A stretch of DNA of 64,000 nt. Origin: an uncultured Pelagibacteraceae bacterium (GTDB taxonomy: Bacteria; Pseudomonadota; Alphaproteobacteria; Pelagibacterales; Pelagibacteraceae). The notes beneath the pieces are model-generated. The model did no database searches. It was not told the origin of the DNA and saw nothing but the letters and a program-made list of their open reading frames with translations. Both the position numbers and the translations under genes were made by a program. The number at the start of each line of letters is the position of its first letter. The first letter of the stretch is position 1. Where the stretch lies: positions 25,987 through 89,986 of the forward strand of contig CACBQF010000002.1 of the NCBI GenBank assembly GCA_902541315.1. Reading direction: 5' to 3'. Below are positions 18,471 to 30,923 of the stretch, piece after piece.

Positions 18471-19404
18471 AGAAATAAAGATTCTACTATCTGCACCAAG
18501 AGGATTTTGCGCAGGTGTAGAGAGAGCAATTGAAATTGTTGAAAAGGCCATTCAAAAATACGGTGTTCCAATTTACGTTCGACATGAAATTGTTCATAAT
18601 AAATTTGTAGTTGACGATTTAAAAAAGAAAGGAGCTATATTTGTTGAAGAGCTTGAAGAAATTAAAGATAAAACTAGACCTGTAATTTTTTCTGCGCACG
18701 GGGTCCCAAAAAAAGTTCCCTCTGAAGCTGAAAGTTATAAAATGACATATGTGGATGCTACTTGTCCACTAGTATCGAAAGTTCATCGTGAAGCTGAAAA
18801 TCTTCACAAATCAGGTTATCACTTAATTTTGATTGGACACCAGAACCATCCTGAAGTTGTTGGAACAATGGGACAACTACCAGTAGGTTCGATAGATCTT
18901 GTTCAAGATGAAAATGAAGCAAAAAAATATGAATATAAAGAAAAAAAAAAATTAGCTTTTGTAACTCAGACAACTTTATCAGTAGATGACACAAAAAGTA
19001 TAATTAGTATTTTAAAAGACAGGTTTCCAGATATTAGAGAACCACATAAAGAAGATATATGTTATGCAACAACAAATAGACAGATGGCTGTGAAAAATAT
19101 CGCAAAAAATTGTGATGTGTTTTTTGTAATTGGAAGTAGAAATTCCTCAAACTCAGTGAGGCTTGTTGAAGTCGCAAAAAAATCAGGTTGTAGCAATGCT
19201 CACCTTATTCACTCCCAAAGTGAAATACCTTATGATTTAATTGAAAAATCCAAGATTGTAGGAATTTCTTCTGGGGCCTCAGCACCAGAAATTCTTGTGG
19301 AAAACTTTATAGAGAATTTAAAAAAAAAATTTACAGTGTCTATAGATGAGGTCGAAATAATCAAAGAAAACGTTGTTTTCAAAGCACCTAAAAAATTAAA
19401 TTAA
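18460..19404 (+). CDS. ispH: 4-hydroxy-3-methylbut-2-enyl diphosphate reductase
   Basis: PRGFCAGV, HEIVHN, DATCPLV, ICYATTNRQ, SSNS and GASAP motifs. Confidence 0.97.
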   Translation: MKNKEIKILLSAPRGFCAGVERAIEIVEKAIQKYGVPIYVRHEIVHNKFVVDDLKKKGAIFVEELEEIKDKTRPVIFSAHGVPKKVPSEAESYKMTYVDATCPLVSKVHREAENLHKSGYHLILIGHQNHPEVVGTMGQLPVGSIDLVQDENEAKKYEYKEKKKLAFVTQTTLSVDDTKSIISILKDRFPDIREPHKEDICYATTNRQMAVKNIAKNCDVFFVIGSRNSSNSVRLVEVAKKSGCSNAHLIHSQSEIPYDLIEKSKIVGISSGASAPEILVENFIENLKKKFTVSIDEVEIIKENVVFKAPKKLN

Positions 19405-20370
19405 ATGGCTGTTTATACCAAGATTAGTAAAAATGATTTAACATCAATAAACAAAAAATTTTATTTTGAAAATTTTCAAAGTTTTAAAGGAATAAAACAA
19501 GGTATTGAAAATACGAATTATTTACTCAGATCAAAAAATAAAAAATTTATTCTTACAATTTTTGAAAAAAGAGTTGTGAAAAAAGAGATACCTTTTTTTA
19601 TGAAATTAATGGATCAATTAAGTAATCTAAATATTAATTGCCCAAAACCTCTTAAAAATAATCGAGGAAATTATCTAATCAAGGTTAAAAATAAAATAGC
19701 CTGTGTTGTATCTTTTCTTGATGGAAAGGATAAAAAAAAACTTAATTTTAGGAATTGTTTTGATATTGGTAAAACAGTTGCTCAGATGCACTTATCTACA
19801 AAAAAACTAAAGCTTTACAGAAAAAACTCAATGGGTATTAAAAATCTTAATCCTCTATTAAATAGTATTAAATTTAAGTCTAAAAAATTTATTAACCTAG
19901 AAAAGTTTTTAAAAAATAATTTTAAAGATATAAAAGGTAAGTGGCCAAAAAAATTACCTCAAGGTATTATTCATGGAGACCTATTTATAGATAATATTTT
20001 TTTTAAAGGTAATAGACTGTCTGGCATAATCGATTTTTATTTTGCAGCTAACGATTATTTTATGTACGAGATTGCTATTTGTATAAATGCTTTGTGTTTT
20101 GATAAGCATAAAACGAAATTTAGAATTAATAAAAGAAAAATTATGAATTTAATTAAAGGTTACGAAAGTGTTAAAAAAATTTCTGAAAAAGAGAAGATTT
20201 CACTAAATATTCTATGCCGTGGCGCAGCAATGAGATATTTTTTGACTAGACTTTATGACTTTACAAATACTCCTAAAACAGCATTAATAAAAATTAAAGA
20301 CCCAAAAGAATATTATCAAAAATTAGTAATACATAATAATCTAAAAACATATAAAGATTACTTAAAGTAA
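19405..20370 (+). CDS. thrB: Homoserine kinase type II
   Basis: MAVYT, GIENTNY, IIHGDLFIDN and IDFYFA motifs. Confidence 0.93.
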   Translation: MAVYTKISKNDLTSINKKFYFENFQSFKGIKQGIENTNYLLRSKNKKFILTIFEKRVVKKEIPFFMKLMDQLSNLNINCPKPLKNNRGNYLIKVKNKIACVVSFLDGKDKKKLNFRNCFDIGKTVAQMHLSTKKLKLYRKNSMGIKNLNPLLNSIKFKSKKFINLEKFLKNNFKDIKGKWPKKLPQGIIHGDLFIDNIFFKGNRLSGIIDFYFAANDYFMYEIAICINALCFDKHKTKFRINKRKIMNLIKGYESVKKISEKEKISLNILCRGAAMRYFLTRLYDFTNTPKTALIKIKDPKEYYQKLVIHNNLKTYKDYLK

Positions 20371-20792
20371 TGATTAAGATATATACTGACGGTTCATGTA
20401 TTGAAAATCCGGGTAAAGGTGGTTGGGCGGCAATAATATTAAATGATGGAAACAAAACTGAAATTAAAGGAAATAAAAAAGATACCACAAATAATCAGAT
20501 GGAATTATTAGCACCTATACAAGCCCTTAAAAAAATTCCAAAAGGTAGTAAAGTTCAAATTTTCACAGACTCTAAATACGTGAAATCTGGAATAACAGAA
20601 TGGATTCACAATTGGAAAAAAAATGGATGGAAAACTGCAAACAAACAAGAGGTTAAAAATAAAGAACTCTGGTTAGAGTTAGATCTTTTAAATAATGAGT
20701 TTGAAATAAATTGGAATTGGGTAAAAGCACATTCTACTGATGAGTTAAATAATGAAGTAGATTTACTTGCAAGATCAGCAGCAAACAATTAA
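20370..20792 (+). CDS. rnhA: Ribonuclease HI
   Basis: YTDGSC..NPG.GG, TTNNQMEL, TDSKY, WVKAH and NEVD motifs. Confidence 0.96.
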   Translation: MIKIYTDGSCIENPGKGGWAAIILNDGNKTEIKGNKKDTTNNQMELLAPIQALKKIPKGSKVQIFTDSKYVKSGITEWIHNWKKNGWKTANKQEVKNKELWLELDLLNNEFEINWNWVKAHSTDELNNEVDLLARSAANN

Positions 20793-20817
20793 AGCACACG
20801 CTTGGAAAGCACATAAC

Positions 20818-21306
20818 TTATAGTAAATTATTTAATAAATTTTCCGCGGAGGTTAAACCACACTCTTTAGTCTCTTTTTCCTCGTGAATATTAACAACTG
20901 TGAAATTTTCAATTACTATTAAATAACGATTTGATCTAATTCCCATTCCTTTTGCATTACGATTAACTTCTGCACCAATTGCTTTTGTGAATAACAAATA
21001 AGGATCAGATAACATTTTTATTTTACCTGTAGTATTATTTATCTCTCCCCAACCATTCATTACATAAGGATCATTGACGGATAGACAAAATATTTGTTCT
21101 ATTCCTTTTGCTTTGATTTTATCTGCATTTGCCACAAAGCCTGGAAGATGAAGTTTAGAGCAAGTTGATGTAAATGCCCCAGGTAAACCAAACAAAATAA
21201 TTTTACCATTACCAATAATTTCTCTTAATTTGTTTTTTTGTGGTTCTCCATCAACAAGTTGAAAAACTTCTGTGTCTGGTAGTTGGTCTTTTATTTTAAG
21301 TTTCAT
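20818..21306 (-). CDS. Peroxiredoxin (Prx5 family)
   Basis: PGAFTSTCS..HLPG and SVNDPYVM motifs. Confidence 0.92.
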   Translation of the reverse strand: MKLKIKDQLPDTEVFQLVDGEPQKNKLREIIGNGKIILFGLPGAFTSTCSKLHLPGFVANADKIKAKGIEQIFCLSVNDPYVMNGWGEINNTTGKIKMLSDPYLLFTKAIGAEVNRNAKGMGIRSNRYLIVIENFTVVNIHEEKETKECGLTSAENLLNNLL

Positions 21307-22676
21307 ATTGAATTCATCACATATTTTTTAACTTTTTCAATATCATTTGATAGAAGTTCAAATTTTTCTTTTCTGTCATTAACGTATTTCAGACTATCTG
21401 GTAAATTTTCAGTTTTTGAAATTGCATCTTCTATTGCTTTTGGAAATTTACATGGATGTGCAGTTGATAATACAACACAATTTTTTTCTAGTCTCAATTT
21501 TCGCACAGCACCAATACCCACTGCAGTATGTGGATCAACTACCATCTGATGTTCATCATTGATAGTTTTTATCATTTCAATAGTTTCGTTTTCATCAAGC
21601 ATTTCAGATATAAAATTCTTTTTGATTTTATCTAAGTCATTTTTATCAATTTTATAATTGTTATTTTTTATTTCAGCCATTACATCTTTTGTAACATCCG
21701 AGTTACAATCTTTTACATCGTATAAAAGTCTTTCGAAATTACTTGCTATCTGTATATCCATGCTTGGTGTATTTGTTTCCTCCACTTTCTTTTGACTATA
21801 ATCACCACCAGATATAGCTCTGTGCAGTATGTCATTTTTATTTGTAGCTACGATTAGTTTATCAATTGGAAGACCTAATTTTTTTGCTAAATAGCCAGCG
21901 TAAATATCACCGAAGTTCCCTGTTGGAACAGAAAAGGACAAAGGTTGACCATTTCCAACTTTAAAGTAAGCGTAAAAATAATACACTGATTGAGCAATAA
22001 TTCTTGCCCAATTAATTGAATTTACACCCGACATATTAATTGCTTTAGAAAATTTTTCATCATTAAACATCGCTTTTACTAAATTTTGGCAATCGTCAAA
22101 ATTACCCTCCACCGCAATGTTAAATACATTACTCTCCTCATGTATTGTCATTAGTCTTCTTTGCACTGGCGAAATTTTTTTGTTAGGGTGTAGCACAAAA
22201 ACATTTAAATTATTTTTTCCCTTTAAAGCGTCTATGGCAGCAGCACCTGTATCACCTGAAGTTGCTACTATTATATTAATTTTTTTTTGATCACGGCCTA
22301 AATGATATTGATAAAAATTACCTATTAGTTGCATTGCGATATCTTTAAAAGCAAGTGTAGGTCCATGAAACAATTCTAATACTTTTAAATCTCCTAGATC
22401 TGATATTTTAACAACGTCGTCGGATCTGAAATTTGAATATGATTTTGAAATCAAAGAGATTAGATCATCTTTAGACATAAAATCTCCTATAAATGGATAA
22501 ATTATTTCAGCTGCTAAATCATTGTAACTAAGGTTTTTTAGATTATTTAATTCTTCCTTTTTAAACGGTTTAATTGACTTGGGAACAAATAGTCCCCCAT
22601 CGTCTGCCAAACCTTTTAGGAAAACGTCTTTAAAAGTAAAGTTTTTTTGATTGTTTCGTGTGCTTATGTAATTCAT
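21303..22676 (-). CDS. thrC: Threonine synthase
   Basis: YISTR, GLADDGGL, FHGPTLAFKD, ATSGDTG, NSINWAR and VPTGNFG motifs. Confidence 0.97.
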   Translation of the reverse strand: MNYISTRNNQKNFTFKDVFLKGLADDGGLFVPKSIKPFKKEELNNLKNLSYNDLAAEIIYPFIGDFMSKDDLISLISKSYSNFRSDDVVKISDLGDLKVLELFHGPTLAFKDIAMQLIGNFYQYHLGRDQKKINIIVATSGDTGAAAIDALKGKNNLNVFVLHPNKKISPVQRRLMTIHEESNVFNIAVEGNFDDCQNLVKAMFNDEKFSKAINMSGVNSINWARIIAQSVYYFYAYFKVGNGQPLSFSVPTGNFGDIYAGYLAKKLGLPIDKLIVATNKNDILHRAISGGDYSQKKVEETNTPSMDIQIASNFERLLYDVKDCNSDVTKDVMAEIKNNNYKIDKNDLDKIKKNFISEMLDENETIEMIKTINDEHQMVVDPHTAVGIGAVRKLRLEKNCVVLSTAHPCKFPKAIEDAISKTENLPDSLKYVNDRKEKFELLSNDIEKVKKYVMNSI

Positions 22677-23329
22677 TAATAATTCTTTTTTCTAAAATAT
22701 AGATATAGCAAAAGAATTGAAATCGCTAATGAAAACCATGTCATTGCGTACTTTTTGTGATTATTAGAAATATTAGCGGTAATTTTTTTTGGTCTAGGAA
22801 ATTGATAATTTCCATCAAGATAAATTATATATTTAGAAAAATTCTTACCTGTAAATGTAAATATATCTTCCCTATCTAAACTAAACCAATAATTTTTATT
22901 TAGATCATTATCAGGTTTAAAAATATTTTTTCTGCCCTGAATTCTCAATGTACCTATTATGTTATTTTGATCAAATACGTTTATTTCTGGAGTATCTTTT
23001 TTTTCAAATGGTATCCAACCCCGGTTAATTAAATAATTTTCCTGTCCAATAAAAATTGGATTTATTACCTCAAAACCTGGGGTACCTGACTCATTCAGGT
23101 TATATAAATAAATTTGTTTTTCAAAATTTATTAATCCAGATGTTTTGATTTTTAAAAAATTTTCTTTATTCGATTGGGATAGTTCAACTGGAGGTTTTTT
23201 GAGTGAATTTTCAATTTCCAAAATAAGATTATTTTTCCAATTTAAACGGATCATTTGCCAAACACCTAAGGCAATAAAAACTAAAATAAAAAAAATTATA
23301 AAAACAGAGAATAAAAACTTATATTTCAA
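22676..23329 (-). CDS. SURF1-family cytochrome oxidase assembly protein
   Basis: LGVWQMIRLNWK, INRGWIP and NNH..YAMTWFSLA. Likely TTG start at 23329; the longer ORF overlaps the subunit III gene. Confidence 0.9.
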   Translation of the reverse strand: MKYKFLFSVFIIFFILVFIALGVWQMIRLNWKNNLILEIENSLKKPPVELSQSNKENFLKIKTSGLINFEKQIYLYNLNESGTPGFEVINPIFIGQENYLINRGWIPFEKKDTPEINVFDQNNIIGTLRIQGRKNIFKPDNDLNKNYWFSLDREDIFTFTGKNFSKYIIYLDGNYQFPRPKKITANISNNHKKYAMTWFSLAISILLLYLYFRKKNY

Positions 23330-23339
23330 TGATACAGAT

Positions 23340-24128
23340 CTAACTTCCCCAGATATATATTGCTGCAAACAAAAATAGCCATACAACGTCAACAAAATGC
23401 CAATACCATGCAGCAGCTTCGAAACCAAAGTGATGATCTTTGTTAAAGTGACCTAACTTTCCTCTCCAAAGACATACTGCTAAGAAAATTGTTCCTACAA
23501 TAACATGAAAACCATGAAACCCTGTGGCCATGTAAAATACCGATCCATATATATGATCTGAAAAGCTAAATGTTGCGTGATGATATTCGTAAGCTTGTAG
23601 AGCAGTAAAACATACTCCAAGAATAACAGTTGCAACTAGCCCTTGTATAAAACCTTTTCTATCATCTTCTAAAAGTGCGTGGTGGGACCAAGTTACAGTT
23701 GTTCCTGACAAGAGTAACACTAAAGTATTTATTAATGGAATATCCCAAGGATCAAAAGTTTTAATATCTTTGGGAGGCCATACATTTCCTACAAATTCAT
23801 TAGGAAAAAGACTGATGTCGAAGTATGCCCAAAACCAAGCAACAAAAAACATTACCTCAGAGGCTATAAACAATGTCATGCCATAACGATGATGAATTTG
23901 TACAACGGGTGTATGATGACCTTGATGCTCTGCCTCTATAACAACATCTCTAAACCACATGTATGCACCGTAAATTAAAAGAGCAAAACCCAAATACATT
24001 CCCCACGAAACATCGTAGTGCATATAATAAACAGTACCTAGAGCTAAAACCAAACAGGAAAATGAAACGTAAATTGGCCAAGGACTTGGGTCAACTAAAT
24101 GATAATCGTGTTTTTTTTCGCCTGACAT
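23340..24128 (-). CDS. ctaE: Cytochrome c oxidase subunit III
   Basis: HLVDPSPWP, FIASEVMFF, TGFHGFHV and AWYWHFVDVVW motifs. Confidence 0.97.
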   Translation of the reverse strand: MSGEKKHDYHLVDPSPWPIYVSFSCLVLALGTVYYMHYDVSWGMYLGFALLIYGAYMWFRDVVIEAEHQGHHTPVVQIHHRYGMTLFIASEVMFFVAWFWAYFDISLFPNEFVGNVWPPKDIKTFDPWDIPLINTLVLLLSGTTVTWSHHALLEDDRKGFIQGLVATVILGVCFTALQAYEYHHATFSFSDHIYGSVFYMATGFHGFHVIVGTIFLAVCLWRGKLGHFNKDHHFGFEAAAWYWHFVDVVWLFLFAAIYIWGS

Positions 24129-24135
24129 ATATTAA

Positions 24136-24669
24136 TTATGATTGTTTATAGTAATCTGTCGAGAAAAAAGTATACGACATTGTTACATCCTCAAGATTTT
24201 TAACAGTTGCGTCATTTACCATCTCAGGGTCTAAATAAAAAGTCATGACATACGTAGCTTTTTCTCCAGCTTTCAACTCTTGCTTTTCAAAACAAAAACA
24301 GCCTAATTTGCTGTAGTATTTTCCAAAACTTGATGGTGAAACGTTAAAACTCGCTACACCAGCCGTTGGCTTATTACTATAGTTTGTTACTTCAAACTCA
24401 ATTTTATTAACTTGACCAACTTTTACATTCATTACATTAGACTTAGCCTTAAAATCCCACGGTAAATTATTCACGTTAGTATCAAATCTCACACTAACAA
24501 CTTTATCTAAAACAATCTTTGGAGCTTTGTTGGCTACCTGTGTAGTTCCCCCAAAACCTGTAACTTTACAAAAAATTTCATACAAGGGCACTGAAGCATA
24601 TGAAAGCCCCAGCATTAAAATAAATATCCCAGCTAGAACTAATGGTGTTAATTTTTTTTTCTCAATCAT
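24136..24669 (-). CDS. ctaG: Cytochrome c oxidase copper chaperone (Cox11/CtaG)
   Basis: VPLY..FC..TG.GG and CFCF motifs. Confidence 0.95.
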   Translation of the reverse strand: MIEKKKLTPLVLAGIFILMLGLSYASVPLYEIFCKVTGFGGTTQVANKAPKIVLDKVVSVRFDTNVNNLPWDFKAKSNVMNVKVGQVNKIEFEVTNYSNKPTAGVASFNVSPSSFGKYYSKLGCFCFEKQELKAGEKATYVMTFYLDPEMVNDATVKNLEDVTMSYTFFSTDYYKQS

Positions 24670-24791
24670 ATAGCTCTATCAAATACTCCAGTGTTATATA
24701 AAGTAAAAAAGAAAAGAAAAATCATAAATGCGATAATCGCTAAAGCTGTAATAATGTTCTTTCTTTTTGTTTTTTTATCGGGTGTTATCAT
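24666..24791 (-). CDS. Small single-TM protein, 41 aa, CoxF-like (not in ORF track)
   Basis: Manual translation MITPDKKTKRKNIITALAIIAFMIFLFFFTLYNTGVFDRAI; ATGA overlaps with both ctaB (upstream) and ctaG (downstream). Confidence 0.85.
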   Translation of the reverse strand: MITPDKKTKRKNIITALAIIAFMIFLFFFTLYNTGVFDRAI

Positions 24792-25699
24792 ATAATTTTA
24801 TCTATCAAAAATAGGACAAAAATCAAAAATAAATAAAGTATTGAATATCCAAATATAGTTTTAGCTATTTTGGGATTAAACTTATTTTTTTTGAAATTAA
24901 ATAGCTCATAACACAAAAAATTATAGTAAAAAGTAAGTATCAACGATGGTATTAAAAATGCTAAACCAACAAAATCTATAAAAAATGGGAAAACGATAAC
25001 AGGCACCATTAACAAGGAGTAAATAAATATATTTAATTTTGTTGACTCAACTCCATTAGTTAGTGGAAGCATTGGTAATTTAGCTTTTTTATAATCATCA
25101 GATTTATATAAACTCAAGGCCCAAAAATGCGAAGGTGTCCAAAAAAATATTATTAGAAAAAAAGCAAGTGGTTCTAATGAAAGCGAACCTGTAGAAATAG
25201 TCCATCCTATAACTGGTGGAAATGCACCTGCTGCCCCACCAATAACAATATTTTGAGGCGTTCTTCTCTTAAGCCAGATTGTATAGACAAATACATAGAA
25301 AAGTATTGTTAAAAGTAATATTGCAGCCGAAATCCTATTTGTAAAATAGTCTAAGGCCACCACTGAAACAATTGATAAAGTAATACCAAATATTAAAGCT
25401 TGATTCCTGTTTATTTTTCCAGTTGGGATTGGCCTTAAGCAAGTCCTTGTCATTAATGCATCAAGATCAGACTCGTACCACATATTTAATGCACCTGCTG
25501 CTCCGGCGCCTAATGAAACTAACAAGATACCAATAACAGCCTCATTAGTTGAAACAAGGTTAGGTGCTGTTAATAGACCCACGGCACAAGTAAAAATTAC
25601 TAATGACATTACTCTTGGCTTCATTAGTTTAAACAGCTCTGAAAAATTAAATAAATCCTCCTGGCTTAGACTTCTTTTTTTTAGCCTTATATTGTTCAT
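24788..25699 (-). CDS. ctaB: Protoheme IX farnesyltransferase (heme O synthase)
   Basis: LMKPRVMSL, D.D.LM.RT..RP, YT.WLKRRTPQNIVIGG and WTPSHFWAL motifs. Confidence 0.96.
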   Translation of the reverse strand: MNNIRLKKRSLSQEDLFNFSELFKLMKPRVMSLVIFTCAVGLLTAPNLVSTNEAVIGILLVSLGAGAAGALNMWYESDLDALMTRTCLRPIPTGKINRNQALIFGITLSIVSVVALDYFTNRISAAILLLTILFYVFVYTIWLKRRTPQNIVIGGAAGAFPPVIGWTISTGSLSLEPLAFFLIIFFWTPSHFWALSLYKSDDYKKAKLPMLPLTNGVESTKLNIFIYSLLMVPVIVFPFFIDFVGLAFLIPSLILTFYYNFLCYELFNFKKNKFNPKIAKTIFGYSILYLFLIFVLFLIDKII

Positions 25700-25717
25700 C
25701 AATCTTTTATACTCTTA

Positions 25718-28167
<2,450 letters not shown>

Positions 28168-28227
28168 ATTTAATAGCTATATAAAGCCCTTTTTGTAAAA
28201 TTACACTTTAGTTTTCGCGACAATTTA

Positions 28228-28929
28228 TCAATTAATTGTATAATTTACGATTGAAATTGCTGATATCACAGCTGTTTCAGCCCTTAAAATATTTTCACTA
28301 ATTTTAATTGCTTGAACTCCCTTAAAACTATGAATCTTTTCTCTTTCTAACTCTGAAAAATCTCCCTCAGGACCTACGATTATACAAGTTGGTTTATTCG
28401 TTAACTTAGATTTATCAATTTTTTTATTGGTCGAATTTAAATCTGTAAATATCAAATCTACTAAATTTGAATTTAAAAAACTTTCGAGGTTTTGGGTTTG
28501 TTCAATTGATGGAATGTTAATACGATTTGATTGTTCGCTGGCTTCTACTGCAATCTTTTTTAATCTCTCAACATTTATACTTCTAACAATTGTTCTCTCA
28601 AAAATTATAGGTAAAAACTTTGTTACTCCAAGTTCTGTCGCTTTTTGTATCATAAAGTTTTGATAATTGGATTTAATTGGAGAGAATGCTAACCATAAAT
28701 CTCTCAAATTTTCTTTTTGTCTTAATTGCTTGATTATTTCAAACTCAACTAAGCCTTTAGAAATTTTCAAAATCTTTGCTTCCCACTCACCTCTATTATT
28801 GAACAAAGAAAAAAGCTCATTTTCTTTTACTCTCATAACTTTGTTTAAATAATGCGATTGAGATTTATCCAACATATCAGTCATACCAGTCGTTATAGAA
28901 TTTGAAAAAAATAATCTAATATTGCCCAT
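28228..28929 (-). CDS. rsmE: 16S rRNA m3U1498 methyltransferase
   Basis: HYL.KVMR, QKATELGV, EASEQS.R, VGPEGDFS and ILRAETA motifs. Confidence 0.95.
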   Translation of the reverse strand: MGNIRLFFSNSITTGMTDMLDKSQSHYLNKVMRVKENELFSLFNNRGEWEAKILKISKGLVEFEIIKQLRQKENLRDLWLAFSPIKSNYQNFMIQKATELGVTKFLPIIFERTIVRSINVERLKKIAVEASEQSNRINIPSIEQTQNLESFLNSNLVDLIFTDLNSTNKKIDKSKLTNKPTCIIVGPEGDFSELEREKIHSFKGVQAIKISENILRAETAVISAISIVNYTIN

Positions 28930-28946
28930 ATATGGTAGGTTAATTT

Positions 28947-29609
28947 ATGAAAAATATTAAAGCAATAATTTTTGATGCTTATGGAACATTGTTTGATGTG
29001 AATTCTGCTGCTGAAAAATGTAAAGATAAGATAGGGGACGAATGGGAAAAATTTTCAAATTATTGGAGAATAACTCAATTAGAATATACTTGGCTTAGAA
29101 GTTTGATGGGAAGACATAAAGATTTTTGGGAAATCACTGAGGATAGCTTGGAAAAGTCGATGGAAAATTTTAAGATCAGTCATTCAATGAAATACGAATT
29201 ATTAGATCTTTACAAATCTCTGTCTACTTTTGAGGAAGTGCCAGAAACTTTAAAAATTTTGAAAGAAAAAAATTACAAGTTAGCTATCTTATCGAATGGA
29301 ACACCACATCTATTAGATGGATTAGTGAGAAATAACAAACTAGAGAATTTATTTGATGATTTATTTTCTATTGAGGAGGTTGGGACTTATAAACCAGACT
29401 CAAGAGTTTACGGAATGCCAATTAAAAAATATAATATTAAGGTAAACGAAGTCGCTTTCTTAAGTGCAAATACCTGGGATGTTTCTGGCGGAGGAAATTA
29501 TGGGTACAATGCTATTTGGGTAAACAGGAATAAAAATATTTTTGACAAGCTTGATTTTAAACCAAAGTATGTAATTAAAAATTTGAAAGAACTATTAAAT
29601 ATAATCTAA
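28947..29609 (+). CDS. Haloacid dehalogenase type II
   Basis: FDAYGTLFDV, WR..QLEYTW, LSNG, YKP and SAN.WDV motifs. Confidence 0.92.
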   Translation: MKNIKAIIFDAYGTLFDVNSAAEKCKDKIGDEWEKFSNYWRITQLEYTWLRSLMGRHKDFWEITEDSLEKSMENFKISHSMKYELLDLYKSLSTFEEVPETLKILKEKNYKLAILSNGTPHLLDGLVRNNKLENLFDDLFSIEEVGTYKPDSRVYGMPIKKYNIKVNEVAFLSANTWDVSGGGNYGYNAIWVNRNKNIFDKLDFKPKYVIKNLKELLNII

Positions 29610-29666
29610 TAATACAAATTTCATGATTGTAATTAAGAATATTTATAATAATAATAAATTATATTT

Positions 29667-30077
29667 ATGAACAATCTTGATAAAAAAATTGATAATTATC
29701 TTCAAAATTTTGAAGCATTAGCCTCACTTTCGCTTAGATTTATTCTTGGTATAGCTTTCATAATTTATGGATCTAGAAAATTTCCTCTACCTCCAGAAGG
29801 TCTTGTAGAATATTATGATTTACACCCAGTCTTAGCATCTACTGTAGCTTTATCAGAATTATTGTCAGGAATTATTATCATTATAGCAGCTTTTATAAAA
29901 AATCCTTTAGGGAATATATTAACAAGATTAGCTGGACTAAATATAGTTTTATTAATGTCTAGTATTCTCGTAGTGGCTCATTCTGATTGGTTCATAACAA
30001 CAAAATTATTTTCTAGTGTGCAAATATTTCTACTAGTAAGTGGATTATTCTTTTTTATAAAAGGTAACAACAAATAA
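29667..30077 (+). CDS. DoxX-family membrane protein
   Basis: LRFILGIAF..YG..K, SEL..G and TR.AG; four TM segments. Confidence 0.75.
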   Translation: MNNLDKKIDNYLQNFEALASLSLRFILGIAFIIYGSRKFPLPPEGLVEYYDLHPVLASTVALSELLSGIIIIIAAFIKNPLGNILTRLAGLNIVLLMSSILVVAHSDWFITTKLFSSVQIFLLVSGLFFFIKGNNK

Positions 30078-30083
30078 AAAATT

Positions 30084-30920
30084 ATGAGTTCAATTGAAAT
30101 TCAGAAAATTATAAAACCAATTAATTCGTCCGATGGTGCTGGAGTGAAACTCAAAAGAAGTATTGGAGTAGAGCCTAATTATTTTGATCCCTTCTTAATG
30201 TTAGATGAATTTGGCTCTGAGAACAGTGAGGACTATATTGCTGGTTTTCCTCCCCATCCTCATAGAGGTATCGAAACAGTAACATATATGCTTGCAGGTG
30301 ATTTTAAACATAAAGATAGCACAGGTGGTGAAGGAAAAATGTCGGCAGGAGATGTTCAATGGATGAAAACAGGAAGTGGGATAATTCACTCAGAAATGCC
30401 TGCAATGAAAGAAGGTAAATTACATGGTTTTCAATTATGGATTAATATGCCAGCAAAACTGAAAATGAGTAAGCCTGAATATATTTATATTGATGCTGAT
30501 AAAATGAAAATTCATAAAGATTCAGATAAACAAATTAAAGTCATAGCTGGTAAATTTGAAAAAGCAGAAGGTCCTGTAAAAGGCCATAATGTTGAGCCTA
30601 TTTATTTTGATGTTGAACTAAACAAAGGTAAAAAATTTGATTTTAAAATTCCCTCTAATCACAATTCATTCATATATTTGATAAATGGTGAAATAGAAAT
30701 TGGTGAAAAAAAACACGCTAAGGTAAAAGACAGTACTCTTGTATTGTTATCACGAGGTGAAAATTTAAAAGTATCTGCAAAAATTAACGCTAAATTCTTA
30801 GTCATTTCAGGAAAACCTATCAATGAAGAGATAGCACGAGGTGGACCATTTGTAATGAATACTAAATCAGAGATCTTACAAGCTGTTCAAGATTATCATA
30901 GTGGTAATTTTGTAAAATAA
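30084..30920 (+). CDS. Pirin-family protein
   Basis: DPFLMLD, FPPHPHRGIETVTY, HSEMP, QLWIN.P and GPFVMNT motifs. Confidence 0.95.
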   Translation: MSSIEIQKIIKPINSSDGAGVKLKRSIGVEPNYFDPFLMLDEFGSENSEDYIAGFPPHPHRGIETVTYMLAGDFKHKDSTGGEGKMSAGDVQWMKTGSGIIHSEMPAMKEGKLHGFQLWINMPAKLKMSKPEYIYIDADKMKIHKDSDKQIKVIAGKFEKAEGPVKGHNVEPIYFDVELNKGKKFDFKIPSNHNSFIYLINGEIEIGEKKHAKVKDSTLVLLSRGENLKVSAKINAKFLVISGKPINEEIARGGPFVMNTKSEILQAVQDYHSGNFVK

Positions 30921-30923
30921 TAA

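Noticed and set aside
23330-23428. N-terminal extension of SURF1 overlapping the cox subunit III gene
   Set aside because: Artefact of longest-ORF calling; the TTG at 23329 gives a normal SURF1 N-terminus.
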